Origin: Biomphalaria pfeifferi
Taxonomy: Eukaryota
Assembly (NCBI GenBank): GCA_030265305.1
Contig: JASAOG010000080.1
Coordinates: 1,746,630 to 1,810,629, forward strand
DNA: 64,000 nt
Reading direction: 5' to 3'
A program made the translations under genes and the position numbers. Under the pieces are notes generated by a model. It was not told the DNA's origin and did no database searches. It worked only from the letters and a program-made list of their open reading frames with translations. This document shows, piece after piece, positions 50,001 through 61,347 of the stretch (its first letter is position 1; each line of letters opens with the position of its first letter).

Positions 50001-53000
50001 GAAACTTTATTCCCTGCTTTTCATAGTAACTAGATCTTCAGTAAAATGCAAATGAGTGTGCTTTTATAAAAAAAACAACAACTAAGATTGCCTTAAAATA
50101 TTTTATAGGGAAATCATGTTCCTGCTGTTTTTTTTTTCTCCTTAAAGAATAAAAGAATAAATTTGGTTTTAACTTTTTCACCCTTTTCTTTGCATTAAAT
50201 AAAAAAAAACTACCTAACTTTATATGCTTAATAAAAAATTTTGATTAAAAATTCAGTAATAAAAAAATGTTAAATGACTGCCAAATAAAAAAGTTAACTA
50301 CACAAATATAGCAATTTGAATAATTAATTATACAGATGTTAATGTCATTAAGATAGTAGCAAATTAGTTTCAGAGTATTTGAGACTCCATTTTTCTTGTA
50401 TTTATTTTTACTTAATGTAAATAATTGTCTTTGTGGCATTGAATGTTTCAGTGATATAGCTCCTCTAATGAATAAAGCTAGCAGTGAACATATGTTTGAC
50501 ACAATGGCTATGGAGATATCCCAATTGTTAACAAAGGTAAGAAGTTGTAATTGTTTTATATAAAAACACTTGCACTTTGCTCTAGAGGGGTTCAAATCCA
50601 AGACAACCAATTCCTATCTATTTGATTAGGGCTTATAGGATGCTTGATGCTGAATATTACATTTGTATAATGAGTAAAGTAGAGGCACAGAATTGGTCAC
50701 AGAAATGTGAATTTTCATCTAAATGGGAAAAGTAATTATTAATTTAGCATGATCTTCTTGTCAGCATGTCCCCTTGTCATATTTTCATATTTAAATTTGA
50801 AAAATTTTAATTGGACCGTTTGCTGTATGGTGCTAAAATATTTTTGGATTTCTGATATTAACACACTTTTTTTTTTTAAAGTAAATGCGTTAGGGGTTAA
50901 AAGTATTCATTTTATGTAAATAAAAAAAGTTGTAAAACAAGATTAAATGGGCAGCTGATGTTGTTTAATTGTCTTTGTGGCCTACCGTTACCATGGTGAT
51001 AAGCAATATTTGCCCATCTCTTGTTTGTGTAGTTAAAAAAAAGTACCCCTTTCAGACCTTGTGCTCTATATGGCAGATGATGTGAAGAATATCTGTTTCT
51101 GTGGCCCACGGTTAATAAGGGTGTCATGTGGCCACCACAATGAAAAACCGCCTTTACTTTTCCCCAACTAGTGTCAGAGACCAATTAGAGCTGGGTGGAC
51201 TCAGAGGCACCCAAAGATCCCTAAATGAAAAATCTCAGTCATCATCAGGATTCCAAGCTGGAACCAAGCGCTTTACCGCCCAGTCACCGCACCTCCATGC
51301 AATAAAAAAAAAAATGGCTAGATTTAGACAGGCAAAAGGATGAATCGGATGGCAATGATCAAAGGCAATCATGCTTTAAATGTACATTTGGTATGGAGGA
51401 AGATAGGATAGTGATTATTGTTAGTTAGTAGTTCAAAGTTTCTGATATCCACACATGAAGATTTCCTATGAATTTTTTTTAACACAAAGATACGCTTTTT
51501 TCTTTACATTAACTGTTTTTTTACTAGTAACATTTTCACCTGTCCAAAAAAAAAAAGAAGCACTATTGTAACCTAATTTTATTGTGCTAAAAATATCCAA
51601 ATAAGCCATTTGAATTTCATTGCTTAACAGTGAACTTACAGTAGCCATCTAAGAGCTTGTGTTAAAACCCAAAGTACTTTCGTTACCTGTCTACAATTTA
51701 AATAGTATTTTTTATTTTGAAATGCTTTTTTTTATGGATTGATCAATTTTTTACTGTCTTTCTTTGTAGTTGACAGAAGTCAATGACAGAATGGTAGAAT
51801 ACACTCAAAATTTCTCCATGACATCTCCAAGTGCAGCTTTGCTCCACACTCTGCAGAGGCACAGAGACATACTTCAAGATTACTCTCATGAGTTCCAGAA
51901 AACAAAAGCTAATATCACTGCAATGAGAGAACGAGAAGACTTGTTGGGTTCAGTAAGGAGGGATATCAAGTAAGTTTTCACTATGTCTACAAAAAGTTTT
52001 TAACTTTATTCTGGAGCTCTTTGACCAGTTGACTAAAGAGGCATTGTGTACTCTAATCATGTATTTTTCTCAACCACTGAAAGATGGAAGTTTGTTTTTT
52101 TTTTTTTTTTTTTAAAGTTTAAGGCAATACTTTTATACGTATAGCAATAAAAAGCTTCTTTGTCATTATGCTGATTTATAGACAGAATAATTATAAGTAT
52201 CAAATCAAACTTAATATTGAACTACAAAATGTGCTTTCACTTGAGAGTCCATTCTCTGGGTGTGCCCAGTGGGCATTCATTGAATACCATTAGGCATAAA
52301 TCAGCATGAGTTTGATTTAAAATTAAGAGCGTGAACCTTTTTTCTTGTTTGGCATTGAAACAAGAGATGTTTGTTAGGTTGTGTTTTTTTGTATTGCTCA
52401 CCCAGTAGTCTAATTTATTATAATTCTAGACATAAGTTATTAACTTATATTTGCTTTCTTCTAAACAGTGCATACAAAAATTCTTCAGCTTTGAATCGCA
52501 GATCTGATATGTATCTCAAAGAACATGAACACATACGCAAGTATGCATTTTTTATATTTTAAATTTATTTATATTTCAAAATGTTCAATCTCAATTGATC
52601 ATTTACACATAATTACACAAGTTAATTTTTTAACATAATTTACTTTTTTTTTCTTTTTTCCCTCTTTAGTTCAGAGAGATTAGTGGATGAACAAATTAGG
52701 TAAATACCATTTGGAGTTCACTTATTTTATATATACTTTTGAAACTGCCTTATAAACATTCTGTGGCATCCAATAATTATTTTCATTTAATATACCTTCA
52801 TTTAACTTTACTAAAACAAGCAAAATAAAAAAACAACTTAAAAAACAAAGCTTATATTAAGTGTAGTTGTATCATTTAGTGTGTATCTGTCATGTAATTA
52901 AATTTGTAATAATAAATAATGCTAGAAAAAAACTTTTTTTTACCATTATAATTGTCCATTTTTGCTTGCTGTGTATGAAAAAAATAAATTTAGCATAGAA

Positions 53001-54181
53001 AAATGTGTGTAAAGTTTTTGCTAGCATATTGTTATACATGACACATAAAGTATAATAAATTTCTTTGAAAATGCTTTTAAGAATAAATTCAGTAGTTACC
53101 ATCTTCATTAAACAAACTTGAGCTTTAAGAAAAAAAAAAAGACCTTAATTTAACTTAGGTTATAATAGCAACCCATGAAAACAAGACATGAACTAATTGT
53201 TAACATTGTTTGCAGCATAGCCATTGCCACCAAAGAAAACCTCCAGTCACAGTCCAAGTTCCTTAATTCAATCAACATGAGAGTCAATGCCGTTGCCAGT
53301 ATCCTTTTTTGAAATTGGTTTGGGCTTAGTATTTATACTATGGATCATCATTGTCTAATGAATGTATGTAAAAAAAAATGTATGTAGCTATAAAGAGTCC
53401 TGAATTATTGCCTAACCTATTGTTCTTAAAGTTACATAAATATCTCAATCCAAGCAAAAGTATGTAGTGATGCAGTTGTAATTTAGTTCTTCTTGAACAC
53501 TTCTCTAGAAGTAGAGAATCTTGTGAATTGGTCTTTCCTCTACATTACATAATATTAAGATAACTCTAAACAAAAAAAGTTAAAAGTTTCCCCTTTCAGG
53601 GGCCCCCTAAAAATCTGGTAATTCTAAATCTCTGTCTTCACTGAGATTCGAACCCAGGTTCGGAAGCCAAGCGCTTAACCACTCAGCCACCGCGCCCCTA
53701 ATAACTCTAGAACTTATCTTTAATTGTTCTATCGGGTACAAAATAAGTCAAAGTTGTAATGAAAATATTTTTTTTTTTTTTCTATTCTGCTTTTAAAGAG
53801 TATGCCAGTGAAACATGATGGTGTGGATTCTTTGGTTATTTTAGAGGATGTCTAACAGTTGCTTTTTTTGTTTTAGGTGTTGTTTTTTAATAGAATAAGT
53901 TTATGATAAAATAATTTTAGATGAGATGAGCTGAAACAGCATCTGTGTTGGTAAATAAAAGATTGTAAGTTCTATTCTGGGGGGGGGGGATGAAGAAACA
54001 TTTATAAACAGTAAACAACTTTAAAGCTGTTAGACTTATCCTTAACCAGTATTTAGATAGATTTCCAGTTATCAACAGCCTTGTCCAGAGAATCAACTTC
54101 AGGAAGCGAAGAGACTCCATAATATTAGGACTTGTGATTGCTGTCTGTATCACTCTCCTCATCCTCTATGCCTTCCACTGA
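43999..54181 (+). CDS. GOSR1: Gene span: Golgi SNAP receptor complex member 1 (GS28/GOS28 Qb-SNARE), 8 coding exons, ~241 aa
   Basis: Exons 43999(or 44011)-44038, 48800-48902, 50452-50536, 51770-51969, 52469-52540, 52670-52699, 53216-53298, 54057-54181. Spliced product: MAEMGNLWEDLRRQARQLENEVDLKLVSFSKL...AALLHTLQRHRDILQDYSHEFQKTKANITAMRERE...IAIATKEN...NRFPVINSLVQRINFRKRRDSIILGLVIAVCITLLILYAFH*. It is colinear with human GOSR1 recalled from memory, including the C-terminal transmembrane anchor. Confidence 0.85.
44050..44460. repeat. AGATCT-rich satellite-like block (start of GOSR1 intron 1)
   Basis: CATCTAGATTTAGATATCTA...CTAGATATAGATTCTAGAGATT...; also TTAGTAGTAGTACTTA-type palindromes. Confidence 0.6.
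44975..45715. repeat. Tandem duplication, 2 full units of ~360 bp plus a partial third (TTGACATATTATATATCA.TTTT.ATGCC.AA..ATAGAGGAATT.A.A.AAAATAAAATCA..AGCA...ATCCATCACTCACAGA.GATATGTC.AATAATCCAT..TTTCACAAA..)
   Basis: Unit 1 about 44975-45335, unit 2 about 45355-45700; each ends in a C homopolymer (CCCCCCTAGACCCCACCC / C25). Lies in GOSR1 intron 1. Confidence 0.75.
45720..46990. repeat. AGATCT-rich satellite-like block, largest (~1.3 kb)
   Basis: TAGATCTAGGG, CTAGATCTAACTG, TCTAGATCTATATCTAG, GATCTAGATAGATCTAAG etc. throughout. Confidence 0.6.
48800..48902 (+). CDS. GOSR1: GOSR1 exon 2 ((D)LRRQARQLENEVDLKLVSFSKLGTSYSSQRDYD+ag)
   Basis: Acceptor CAATTTAG|AC, donor ACAG|GTAAAT. Near identity to human RKQARQLENELDLKLVSFSKL. 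Confidence 0.8.
48961..49008 (+). mobile_element. SINE 3'-tail fragment (same family)
   Basis: CATCATCAGCGCCATAGAGCTCAAGGTCTGAAAGGGAAACTT matches the 3' end of the other copies. GOSR1 intron 2. Confidence 0.5.
50452..50536 (+). CDS. GOSR1: GOSR1 exon 3 ((S)DIAPLMNKASSEHMFDTMAMEISQLLTK)
   Basis: Acceptor ATGTTTCAG|T, donor AAG|GTAAGA. Matches human DRMFETMAIEIEQLLARL. Confidence 0.8.
51041..51299 (-). mobile_element. tRNA-derived SINE, same family, near full length (overlaps ORF-track 50912..51184 and 51128..51343, which are artefacts)
   Basis: Reverse complement: GCATGGAGGTGCGGTGACTGGGCGGTAAAGCGCTTGGTTCCAGCTTGGAATCC...TTAGTTGGGGAAAAGTAAAGGCGGTTTTTCATTGTGGTGGCCACATGACACCCTTATTAACCGTGGGCCACAG...GGTCTGAAAGGGGTAC. 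GOSR1 intron 3. Confidence 0.8.
51770..51969 (+). CDS. GOSR1: GOSR1 exon 4 (LTEVNDRMVEYTQNFSMTSPSAALLHTLQRHRDILQDYSHEFQKTKANITAMREREDLLGSVRRDI+aa)
   Basis: Acceptor TCTTTGTAG|, donor ATCAA|GTAAGT. ORF-track 51770..51973 begins with non-ATG TTG; this is an internal exon. Confidence 0.85.
52469..52540 (+). CDS. GOSR1: GOSR1 exon 5 ((N)AYKNSSALNRRSDMYLKEHEHIR+aa)
   Basis: Acceptor CTAAACAG|T, donor CGCAA|GTATGC. Matches human RTELFLKEHDHLRN. Confidence 0.75.
52670..52699 (+). CDS. GOSR1: GOSR1 exon 6, 30-nt ((N)SERLVDEQI+ag)
   Basis: Acceptor CCTCTTTAG|T, donor TTAG|GTAAAT. Matches human NSDRLIEETIS. Confidence 0.7.
53216..53298 (+). CDS. GOSR1: GOSR1 exon 7 ((S)IAIATKENLQSQSKFLNSINMRVNAVA+a)
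   Basis: Acceptor TTGTTTGCAG|C. The donor GCCA|GTATCC is weak (GTATCC), but it is the only one that restores the conserved N-RFP junction with the last exon. Confidence 0.65.
53590..53698 (-). mobile_element. tRNA-derived SINE, 5' head only (~110 bp)
   Basis: Reverse complement GGGGCGCGGTGGCTGAGTGGTTAAGCGCTTGGCTTCCGAACCTGGGTTCGAATCTCAGTGAAGACAGAGATTT...TTTTTAGGGGGCCCCTGAAAGGG. GOSR1 intron 7. Confidence 0.7.
54057..54181 (+). CDS. GOSR1: GOSR1 terminal exon ((N)RFPVINSLVQRINFRKRRDSIILGLVIAVCITLLILYAFH*)
   Basis: Acceptor GTATTTAG|AT; an alternative acceptor TTTCCAG| 11 nt downstream would drop RFP. Stop TGA 54179-54181. Near identical to human RFPAVNSLIQRINLRKRRDSLILGGVIGICTILLLLYAFH. Confidence 0.8.
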
Positions 54182-57163
54182 CAGTCTTTCCACAGAAACG
54201 TTTTTTTCCATGTACAATATCTTTGAGCTGGTCGCTGCAGCATGTAAAAAAAAAGTACAAAAAGCCAACACAGTTTTTTTGGTAGAAATAATTGTCCTTG
54301 TTGAAGTGAAGCCTGTCTCTCATGCTCTGGTGATTAGCAGAGACCCTTGACAATGAAGCGCTCCTGTGCTAGGAAGAAAGTATGGACCTTTCCAGTGCAA
54401 CACTTGTTGAAATGCTTGCAACATATTTTTTGTTCTATGCTTACCTGACATCTTTTTTAGGTCTCAGCATAGTTCCTATAGGTGTATACATATTGTTGTA
54501 AGTGTATATTACAAACACTTAGCAAAGCTTCAGTACTTTAAACTGTACCATTCTTTTTAGAAAAGATCTTTATAATAAATTGTAGACTGGAAATGAATAT
54601 TATGAAGCCTAGTGAGAAACAAATCCTTTAAATATAGACAATCTTTTTGCAAAGATGAAAAAATATCAAAAAAATTTGGAACCTTGTCCTACATTGATCA
54701 AACACAAAATTTGTTTGGGCCAGTGGAAACAAAAATGATTGAGATAACAAGATTATTGACTTGGGTTTTATCATATTTTTATAATACAAAACACTCGTGT
54801 AAGCCTAATGAGTTACATTCGAAATTCCAATTAGTATTGTACTTTTTCTATTCTGTTTAAGAAATGCTTTTTGTTTCTTAATTTTGAAAATATTTTATTC
54901 AGAATAGAAAGAGATAATTGCCATCCAGCAAACTTTTATGATCATGAAGAATTATCTACAAGACAGAAAGTAAATATTTGGTTAAAAGAAAACCAAACTT
55001 TACATGAATACACAATAAAAGATCTAATTTGTCTAAAGAAACAACCCCAACCATGCTGTCATTCACGCTTTTAATGATTGATAGCTTTTGTCATTAAAAA
55101 GTTCAGTGAACTGTAGAATATGTCCAATGGTTTATTCTATGGTATTCCCATTCCCTTTTTCAATTTGCTATTTATTTAAATAACATGTTTATTAATTCAC
55201 TAAAATCTGGTTTTAATGAACTCCATTAATGCATAGAATTTTTATTTGAACATACTGAAAATAAGCATTTTGTCATGTATTACTCCTTCACCTCTTAAAA
55301 CAAAATTTCTCCCAATGATGTGACAAAATATGCAGGTCACATCTGGGTCTGTATGTGAAATACTGCACTCTTCCTTAAATTTTGAACTTGAAGACTATTT
55401 CCTTAGATTGAATTGTTAAAAAGAAAGACAAAGTGTAGCACCCTTATATGATATAACAATAAGGGGGGAGGTGTTAAGTTATGTTCAAAATTCAAAAATT
55501 CATTTACTATAAGAACAATATGAAAGAAGCAGGAATTTTAAAAATTTACTTAATGTGTCTTATTAGATTTGCAAGGAATTTTTTGTTATTGCATTTACAC
55601 ATTTATGTTGGCTGTAAACCCAATTTTCTGTGCTAGTTAAATATTACCATTAAGTGACCCTTTACTTCTGATCTACAGCCAGATGGTACAGGCCTGTATT
55701 GTTTTTTTTTTAAGGAAGTTTATTTTCTCTTTTGTTCAGATTTAGAAAAAAAAATGTTGATTTTTTATTTTAAGCAACATTTTCAAGACTTTGAAAAGTG
55801 TATTACATACCATTGACCTGAATGAACTCAACAGAAAGGTCTAGAATGGTTCTATTTCTTTCTGTACCATTGTTTTGTTCTACTGTGATGTTTGTACATA
55901 ACTATTTGGGGACACAATGTTATTTAAGGTTTTATTTTGTTGTTTGGCTGAGTTTGTCTCCCCTGCATCATGATCAGGTGTTCTAAACAGAGGATTGATG
56001 CTCATGCCAAGTTTAACTTATTTACAAATACTTCATTTTTGTTTTTGTTAAACAATGAAAAACAACAATGTATTAATTTAAAAAAAAAAAGATTGCAAGC
56101 AACACTTAGCATTCTCAATGACATTTGCCATATTAAATTGTTTAGAATTAGATGATTAATTTTCAGCCTAAATAGTAAGAAAGGTAAAAGGTTTAATATC
56201 TTTCCTATAAACTTTTAACAATTTCCTGATTTCCTATGTTTTAGTAGTTTTCTCTAATATTTTATAAAATTCTATTAAATAAGAAACTTCTGAATGCTCT
56301 ACATTTTAAAAAATGTATACTGCATTGATATATAATACCAGTAGTTCGTGTGAAACTGATGCTGCGACTCTTGTTTATTTATGCAAATTAAGACAACTTA
56401 TAATTGTAAAAAAAAATAAATTTGAAAACATTTAATTGGTAGTTGATGTCTGGGGCATACTCTGATTCCCTATTAGGTATGCTTATGTTTGAGCATAAGA
56501 CTTCTCACTAAGCTAGGTTATATAAGGAAAATGTTTTGTTTGCAATTAGTACTGTGAATAACATTGTAGGACTGTTTTACCAGAACCAAACAATAAATAC
56601 ATTTGTATGATACCAGTAATTTATTGTTACTGAATTTTTTTGTTAAATTGAGATTTGTTAGCCTAATTATATATATAAAAAAAAAAGAATACATAAATGG
56701 ATAATTTACTATGGTTGTATCTTTTGAGCTTTTATTAATGTGTGTGACAAAATAAATGCAGGACACATTTAGGCCTTTAGACAATAAATATTTTTCAAAT
56801 TTTGTATAAACACATTTTTTGAGGTCTACTTTGTGAAAAGGAGAGAGTAAAAAAAGATAACTTGTTCTATTTAATGGAGCATTTTTATCAACAATATAAT
56901 TAGCTAGATCACATTATAAAATGAATATTATGATTAAACTCTCTACAGTTGATATTTTATCATATACATTACTTACATCCTAGACTTTCACAATAATATT
57001 TTAAAAATCTAAATAGATGGTATAAAAATGCTAAAGATAATTTTTTAGCGCAAAGGTGGCATGACTATTGAAATATTTACAGTAGAGACTAGTAACACAC
57101 AAAATAACAAACACACATCTTGTTGAAATTTCATAAATATATTTTTGGTTAACAAGAATAACA

Positions 57164-57285
57164 TTATTCTTTCGAATATACAGAAATATTAGATTTGGCA
57201 TAGGAGTCTTCCCAATTCTGTCCATCAAATTTCTTTACATTCACTGACTTAATAGTTCCAAAATCAATGCAATGAGGCATGACAC
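57164..57285 (-). CDS. CENPV: CENPV-like terminal exon ((G)[39 protein letters not shown])
   Basis: Acceptor (T)13AG|GT, stop TAA (plus 57164-57166). Matches human [39 protein letters not shown]. Confidence 0.8.
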
Positions 57286-58058
57286 CTAAAAAAAAAAAAA
57301 GGTCTCAATTTAACTGATTGTATACCTAAGTAGATAATGATAAGCTCTTAAAAAGATAAACACTTGGGAGACCTTAGACTTGATACTTAAAGAAAATAAA
57401 TTTTAATCTACTTTAAAATTATGTTGGCACAAGTGCCTGGATTTAGCAAAAAAATGATTGCATAATGTATTTCTCAATGGCTGTAGGTACTTTTTTTTTT
57501 TTTTCAAAACAATTAAATGTTAAGTTGTAAGTACACAATGTATCAATCTTACAAACATGAACAAGTATTAAAATATATAGATCTATTACCAATGCCGTCT
57601 TGGTTGGAACGAGGTGTATAGAAACTCTGAACACCACATGTTTTACAAAATGTATGCTTAGCTAACTTCTTGTTAAATGCGTAGGTTGTAATGTTATCTT
57701 CTCCCTGTGAAAGAACAAGCACAACATGTAACAGCACAACATTTCTACAAAAACAAATCCTAGTACATTCCAGAGAGAATATGTTGCACTAAAGCAGATG
57801 GTAATACTGCAGAAGGCATATTGCTTCCCTAGTATATCAGAAGAGAAATCCTAGTCATCATCAAATCTGTAAATTATTCTTCATTTTAAAGTTAAAAAAA
57901 AATATTAGAAATTCAAATTTAATGATTTTGTAACAAAAACAAGCAATAGAAAAAACAATACTTTTTAAAACAAAAAACTTAGCTTAAGGGAAATAGCCGC
58001 TAATTACTGCCATTAATCTAAAAATTACAGGGTTTAGCTCCCTTTCTACTCACACTCA

Positions 58059-58103
<45 letters not shown>

Positions 58104-61100
58104 GAGAGAGAGATATAATAAAATTCATTAATTAGTACTAAATGATTATTTAATTGGTTAATATTTGGATTGATTCGAGTATTGTTATCGACTGAATAAT
58201 TATGCTTAATTTCAACTTGATTTGAGAATGGAAAATGGTAGAAAAAAAATGTTCAAACTTTTTACCAGACAGACTGAGTAAATTTATATGGAATTTGCAT
58301 CGTAATAAGAAACTAATTGGCAAGGTTTTTTTTACTGATAGTTAATTGTTATCTAGCTTTTTTATTTTAAGTATAGGTGGTACCTTTATAAATTAATATA
58401 TATAAAATATTTAAATAGAATGACAAATGTACTACATGAACTGAGGATATGTTTGAAGAAATGTATTTTTCTTTATGTATTTTCACAGTTAAATCTGTTA
58501 GTAACATATTCTCCTCTTGTGTTTTTATGCATGGACAAAAAATTCTACAACTTTTAACAATATATTTCCAGGTAAATTTTCTCTCAAAGATAAGTTCAGT
58601 CTTTGCAGGAATAAATTGATATATCTTAAAGAAGCTTGTTACAGTCAAGTCTTTTCCTACAGAGTAGTGAAATTGATGAAATTCAACTTACTTGAAGGAG
58701 AACAAAATTATTTTTTGGTACTATGAAATGAAAATTCTGCTTCTTGGTACAAATGCTGCAACTGTCAGAAAGACCAAAAATATCAATTTAAAAATGTTAG
58801 TCTAAGATACATCAAAATTTGTAACAGATATATAAATATAAATGTTATTTACCTCTTAGATGCTTACTAAGAAAGAAACTTTTGATACATTCACAATCTA
58901 AGCACAATCTAGCTTTCTATTAAACATTTGTATTTAATTTTCAGTATTTCCCAAAATGGGGAAACAAAAAGATCTTGTGCATGACACCCTCATTAAGAAA
59001 GGGCCTTAGAAATAAATGAACAGTTGTCAGTAAGAATATATCCAAGATTATATAATGTAAAAGGGGGAGGAACTACTGAGCATTATGAAAACGGATAAAA
59101 GATTAGTGAAAGTTTTTTATTTTTGATAAAACAAAAGAACAGTTTTTTTCCTTCTTTGACACCAGCTTTAAAGTACACAGGATATATCTCAAAAGGAGCA
59201 GTGATAGATTGAGATTAATTTCACAATTGAACATAAACTTTTTTCTTACTTGCAATCAAATACATCAACATTTTCTGGAGCCCAAACCTTGAACTTCACT
59301 GCCCCACAGTGACAACTTCCAGAATGTTCTGTCAACCCTGTGAAATTAAGGTGCATTCTAAACTTTTTGCATGTATTATTTTGTAGACATTGAAAAAAGT
59401 TATTGGCAGAAGTTGAGTTCTCTACTTATATTATTCTTCCTCCTTTATGAAGAGTTATCATGGAGGAGATTGTCTTAACAGTCAGCTAAGATCCTATGAA
59501 CTATGACATCAACCATGCTCTCCTGTGTCAACATTTTTTAAGTGGTCTTGACAACATTTACTAGTTTTCTTAAGCATGTCATTGTCTAAATGGTTATGTT
59601 TTGCTCTTGACTTTTACTGAGAGCTCAAGTCTGACAATGTAATTGAGTTTTGGACCAAAGGTGGGGTTCACATGCAAGACTTTAACTTTAGTGTTTATTA
59701 AAACATGAGCTTCAATGAAGGGCAATCTGGCATTGTAAGGAATAAAATATCTGTAGTATAATTGTTTATCTCTATTTTTGTTCATCAAAATATGCTTCCA
59801 AAGTATTTGTACAGATTTCTTCTCATATCAATAATAATAGAATAGTGAGCTGCATAACAATATTTGTAAATAAAATATCTTAAGTCACCTCAGATTCATA
59901 GTAAAATATTTCTGAGATTCTCCACAATTTAACCAATTTACTAGAAAATAATTCCTTTATTGTGATAGCTCAAATTTTAAAAAAAGGTGAACATAAACAG
60001 CAGTACGATTAATGATGAGTGAATGGTGGGCATTGACAAGAGTAACACCATGAGTAATTTCTTAAAATTAGATGTACTTAGGTGTACAATCAGATTAAAA
60101 ATAAAGAAATATTAGTATTTAGAACAAAAATTCATAACTTACAAATATATAGACATAACCTAATAAAATACCCAAATAAAGACAAAGAAAAAATACATTT
60201 CTATTTGTTAATGCAATGGTAAACTAAGGTAAAAATTACATTAACAAAAAATGGCTGATTAATACTGGAATACTCCCAAAACATAGAACAGGTTGCCTAA
60301 ATCAGTCAGAAAAACCAATGACACACAGAGTTTAAGTCTCTATAGCATCTGAAGACTAGATTAACTCTTTCTCTCCATAATTATTTTTCCCTGATGTGAC
60401 GGAATTCTTAATTTTGCTCATAACTATTTCACTACCCTGTTATGATTAAGCTTCAATAGCTTTGTCATTATCAGAAAATATTGTATTTGGTATAGAATTA
60501 AAGCTTGATGCATGCTCTTTATATAGCACAAAATAAAGTTTATAAAATTGAACATTAATTTAATTTAATGACATCAAATTAATGATGCTATCGTCAATTA
60601 GGAGAGAAAGAGTTAAACATATGGATAAGTATAGGATGTAATCATTTTCTTTTCTTGAAGTAACATCTGTTAATTATAACTTAAGAACACAATGGCCTTT
60701 TTTTTTAAAGGAGTGTCTATAAATTGTAAGCAATGTCAGTGTTATTTCAATCAATCACATGAAGCCCATAAAGTTACTTATTTGTTAGTAGACTAGGCTC
60801 ATCCATTCTTATTTATCTAGTAAATATGGTTTTAATCACAATAGACATTGTTTACCCTTTTGTAGTGTCATCTATGTAATGCTTAACATCGTAGGACGTA
60901 ATCATCTTCTTTTTTGAAGTAACGTCTGTATTATATAATATAACATATAGAACTTCTAATGTAAGCATGCTTTATTTAGACTTTTTGTTTACCTTAGGCA
61001 AGTATAAACCTTTCCATCTACCCTCATAGTTATTCCTTTCTTTAAATTAAATTTTTAAATAATAAATAAGTCTAATGAGACTAATGCATGACTTTATCTA

Positions 61101-61347
61101 AAAAAAAGCCAAAAAATACTACTATTGTGTTTGTTTTAAATGTAGCATAAAAGAATCTACAAAGCCAAGAGGTGGAGAACAACAGACATTGGAGGATAGA
61201 AATGAAACAGTCACTTTACCTGTTTGAGTGCTGGCATCTTGTAGTTTAGATTTTTTAGCAGCTTTCGTTTGTTTTTTCTTAAAGGCCTTTTTGGTTTCCT
61301 TTTGTTGTTGTCTTCTTGCCTGTGCTCCACTCTCAGCAAGGGGCAAG
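57164..61347 (-). CDS. CENPV: Gene span: CENPV-like protein with glutathione-dependent formaldehyde-activating (GFA/Mss4-like) zinc-binding domain; 5 exons identified, start codon not located
   Basis: Minus-strand exons 61220-61347 (K/R-rich N-terminal region), 59249-59336, 58692-58761, 57590-57704, 57164-57285. Spliced peptide: ...[130 protein letters not shown]. It is colinear with the human CENPV C-terminal half (GCHCGAVRF...[10 protein letters not shown]...HITTYTFN...[19 protein letters not shown]...APHCLDEG). Confidence 0.75.
57590..57704 (-). CDS. CENPV: CENPV-like exon ([38 protein letters not shown]+g)
   Basis: Acceptor CTTTCACAG|, donor ATTG|GTAATA. Inside ORF-track 57549..57737. 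Matches human [37 protein letters not shown]. Confidence 0.85.
58052..58115. repeat. Compound microsatellite (CT)14(TA)9(GA)5
   Basis: CTCACTCTCTCTCTCTCTCTCTCTCTCTCTCTATATATATATATATATAGAGAGAGAGATATAAT. Confidence 0.95.
58692..58761 (-). CDS. CENPV: CENPV-like exon ((N)[23 protein letters not shown])
   Basis: Acceptor TCTGACAG|T, donor CAA|GTAAGT. Matches human [24 protein letters not shown]. Confidence 0.8.
59249..59336 (-). CDS. CENPV: CENPV-like exon ((G)[28 protein letters not shown]+aa)
   Basis: Acceptor ATTTCACAG|GG, donor AA|GTAAGA. CHCGAV is the GFA zinc-site motif. Confidence 0.8.
60620..60945 (+). mobile_element. Two extremely 5'-truncated copies of the same LINE 3' tail (60620-60680 and 60885-60945)
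   Basis: TAGGATGTAATCATTTTCTTTTCTTGAAGTAACATCTGTTAATTATAAC and TAGGACGTAATCATCTTCTTTTTTGAAGTAACGTCTGTATTATATAATATAAC match the tail at 63908-63960. Confidence 0.5.
61220..61347 (-). CDS. CENPV: CENPV-like 5' coding exon (partial; ..LPLAESGAQARRQQQKETKKAFKKKQTKAAKKSKLQDASTQT+g)
   Basis: ORF-track 61122..61346. Donor ACAG|GTAAAG gives phase 1, which joins the next exon as [12 protein letters not shown]. No in-frame ATG upstream before a stop, so an upstream exon (acceptor TTCTAG| at 61348-61350) is inferred but not found. A basic N-terminus is typical of CENPV. Confidence 0.45.

Noticed and set aside
50245-50610. ORF 50245..50610 (-) 121 aa
   Set aside because: AT-rich intronic sequence that overlaps GOSR1 exon 3 on the opposite strand; no homology.
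50912-51343. ORFs 50912..51184 (-) and 51128..51343 (+)
   Set aside because: Lie entirely inside a SINE copy (51041-51299) in GOSR1 intron 3.
58367-58648. ORF 58367..58648 (-) containing FIPAKTELIFERK...CRIFCPC as a CENPV exon
   Set aside because: Order and spacing of Cys motifs do not match the GFA domain. The true NCSIC...HFIVP exon is 58692-58761, with proper AG/GT sites and phase.
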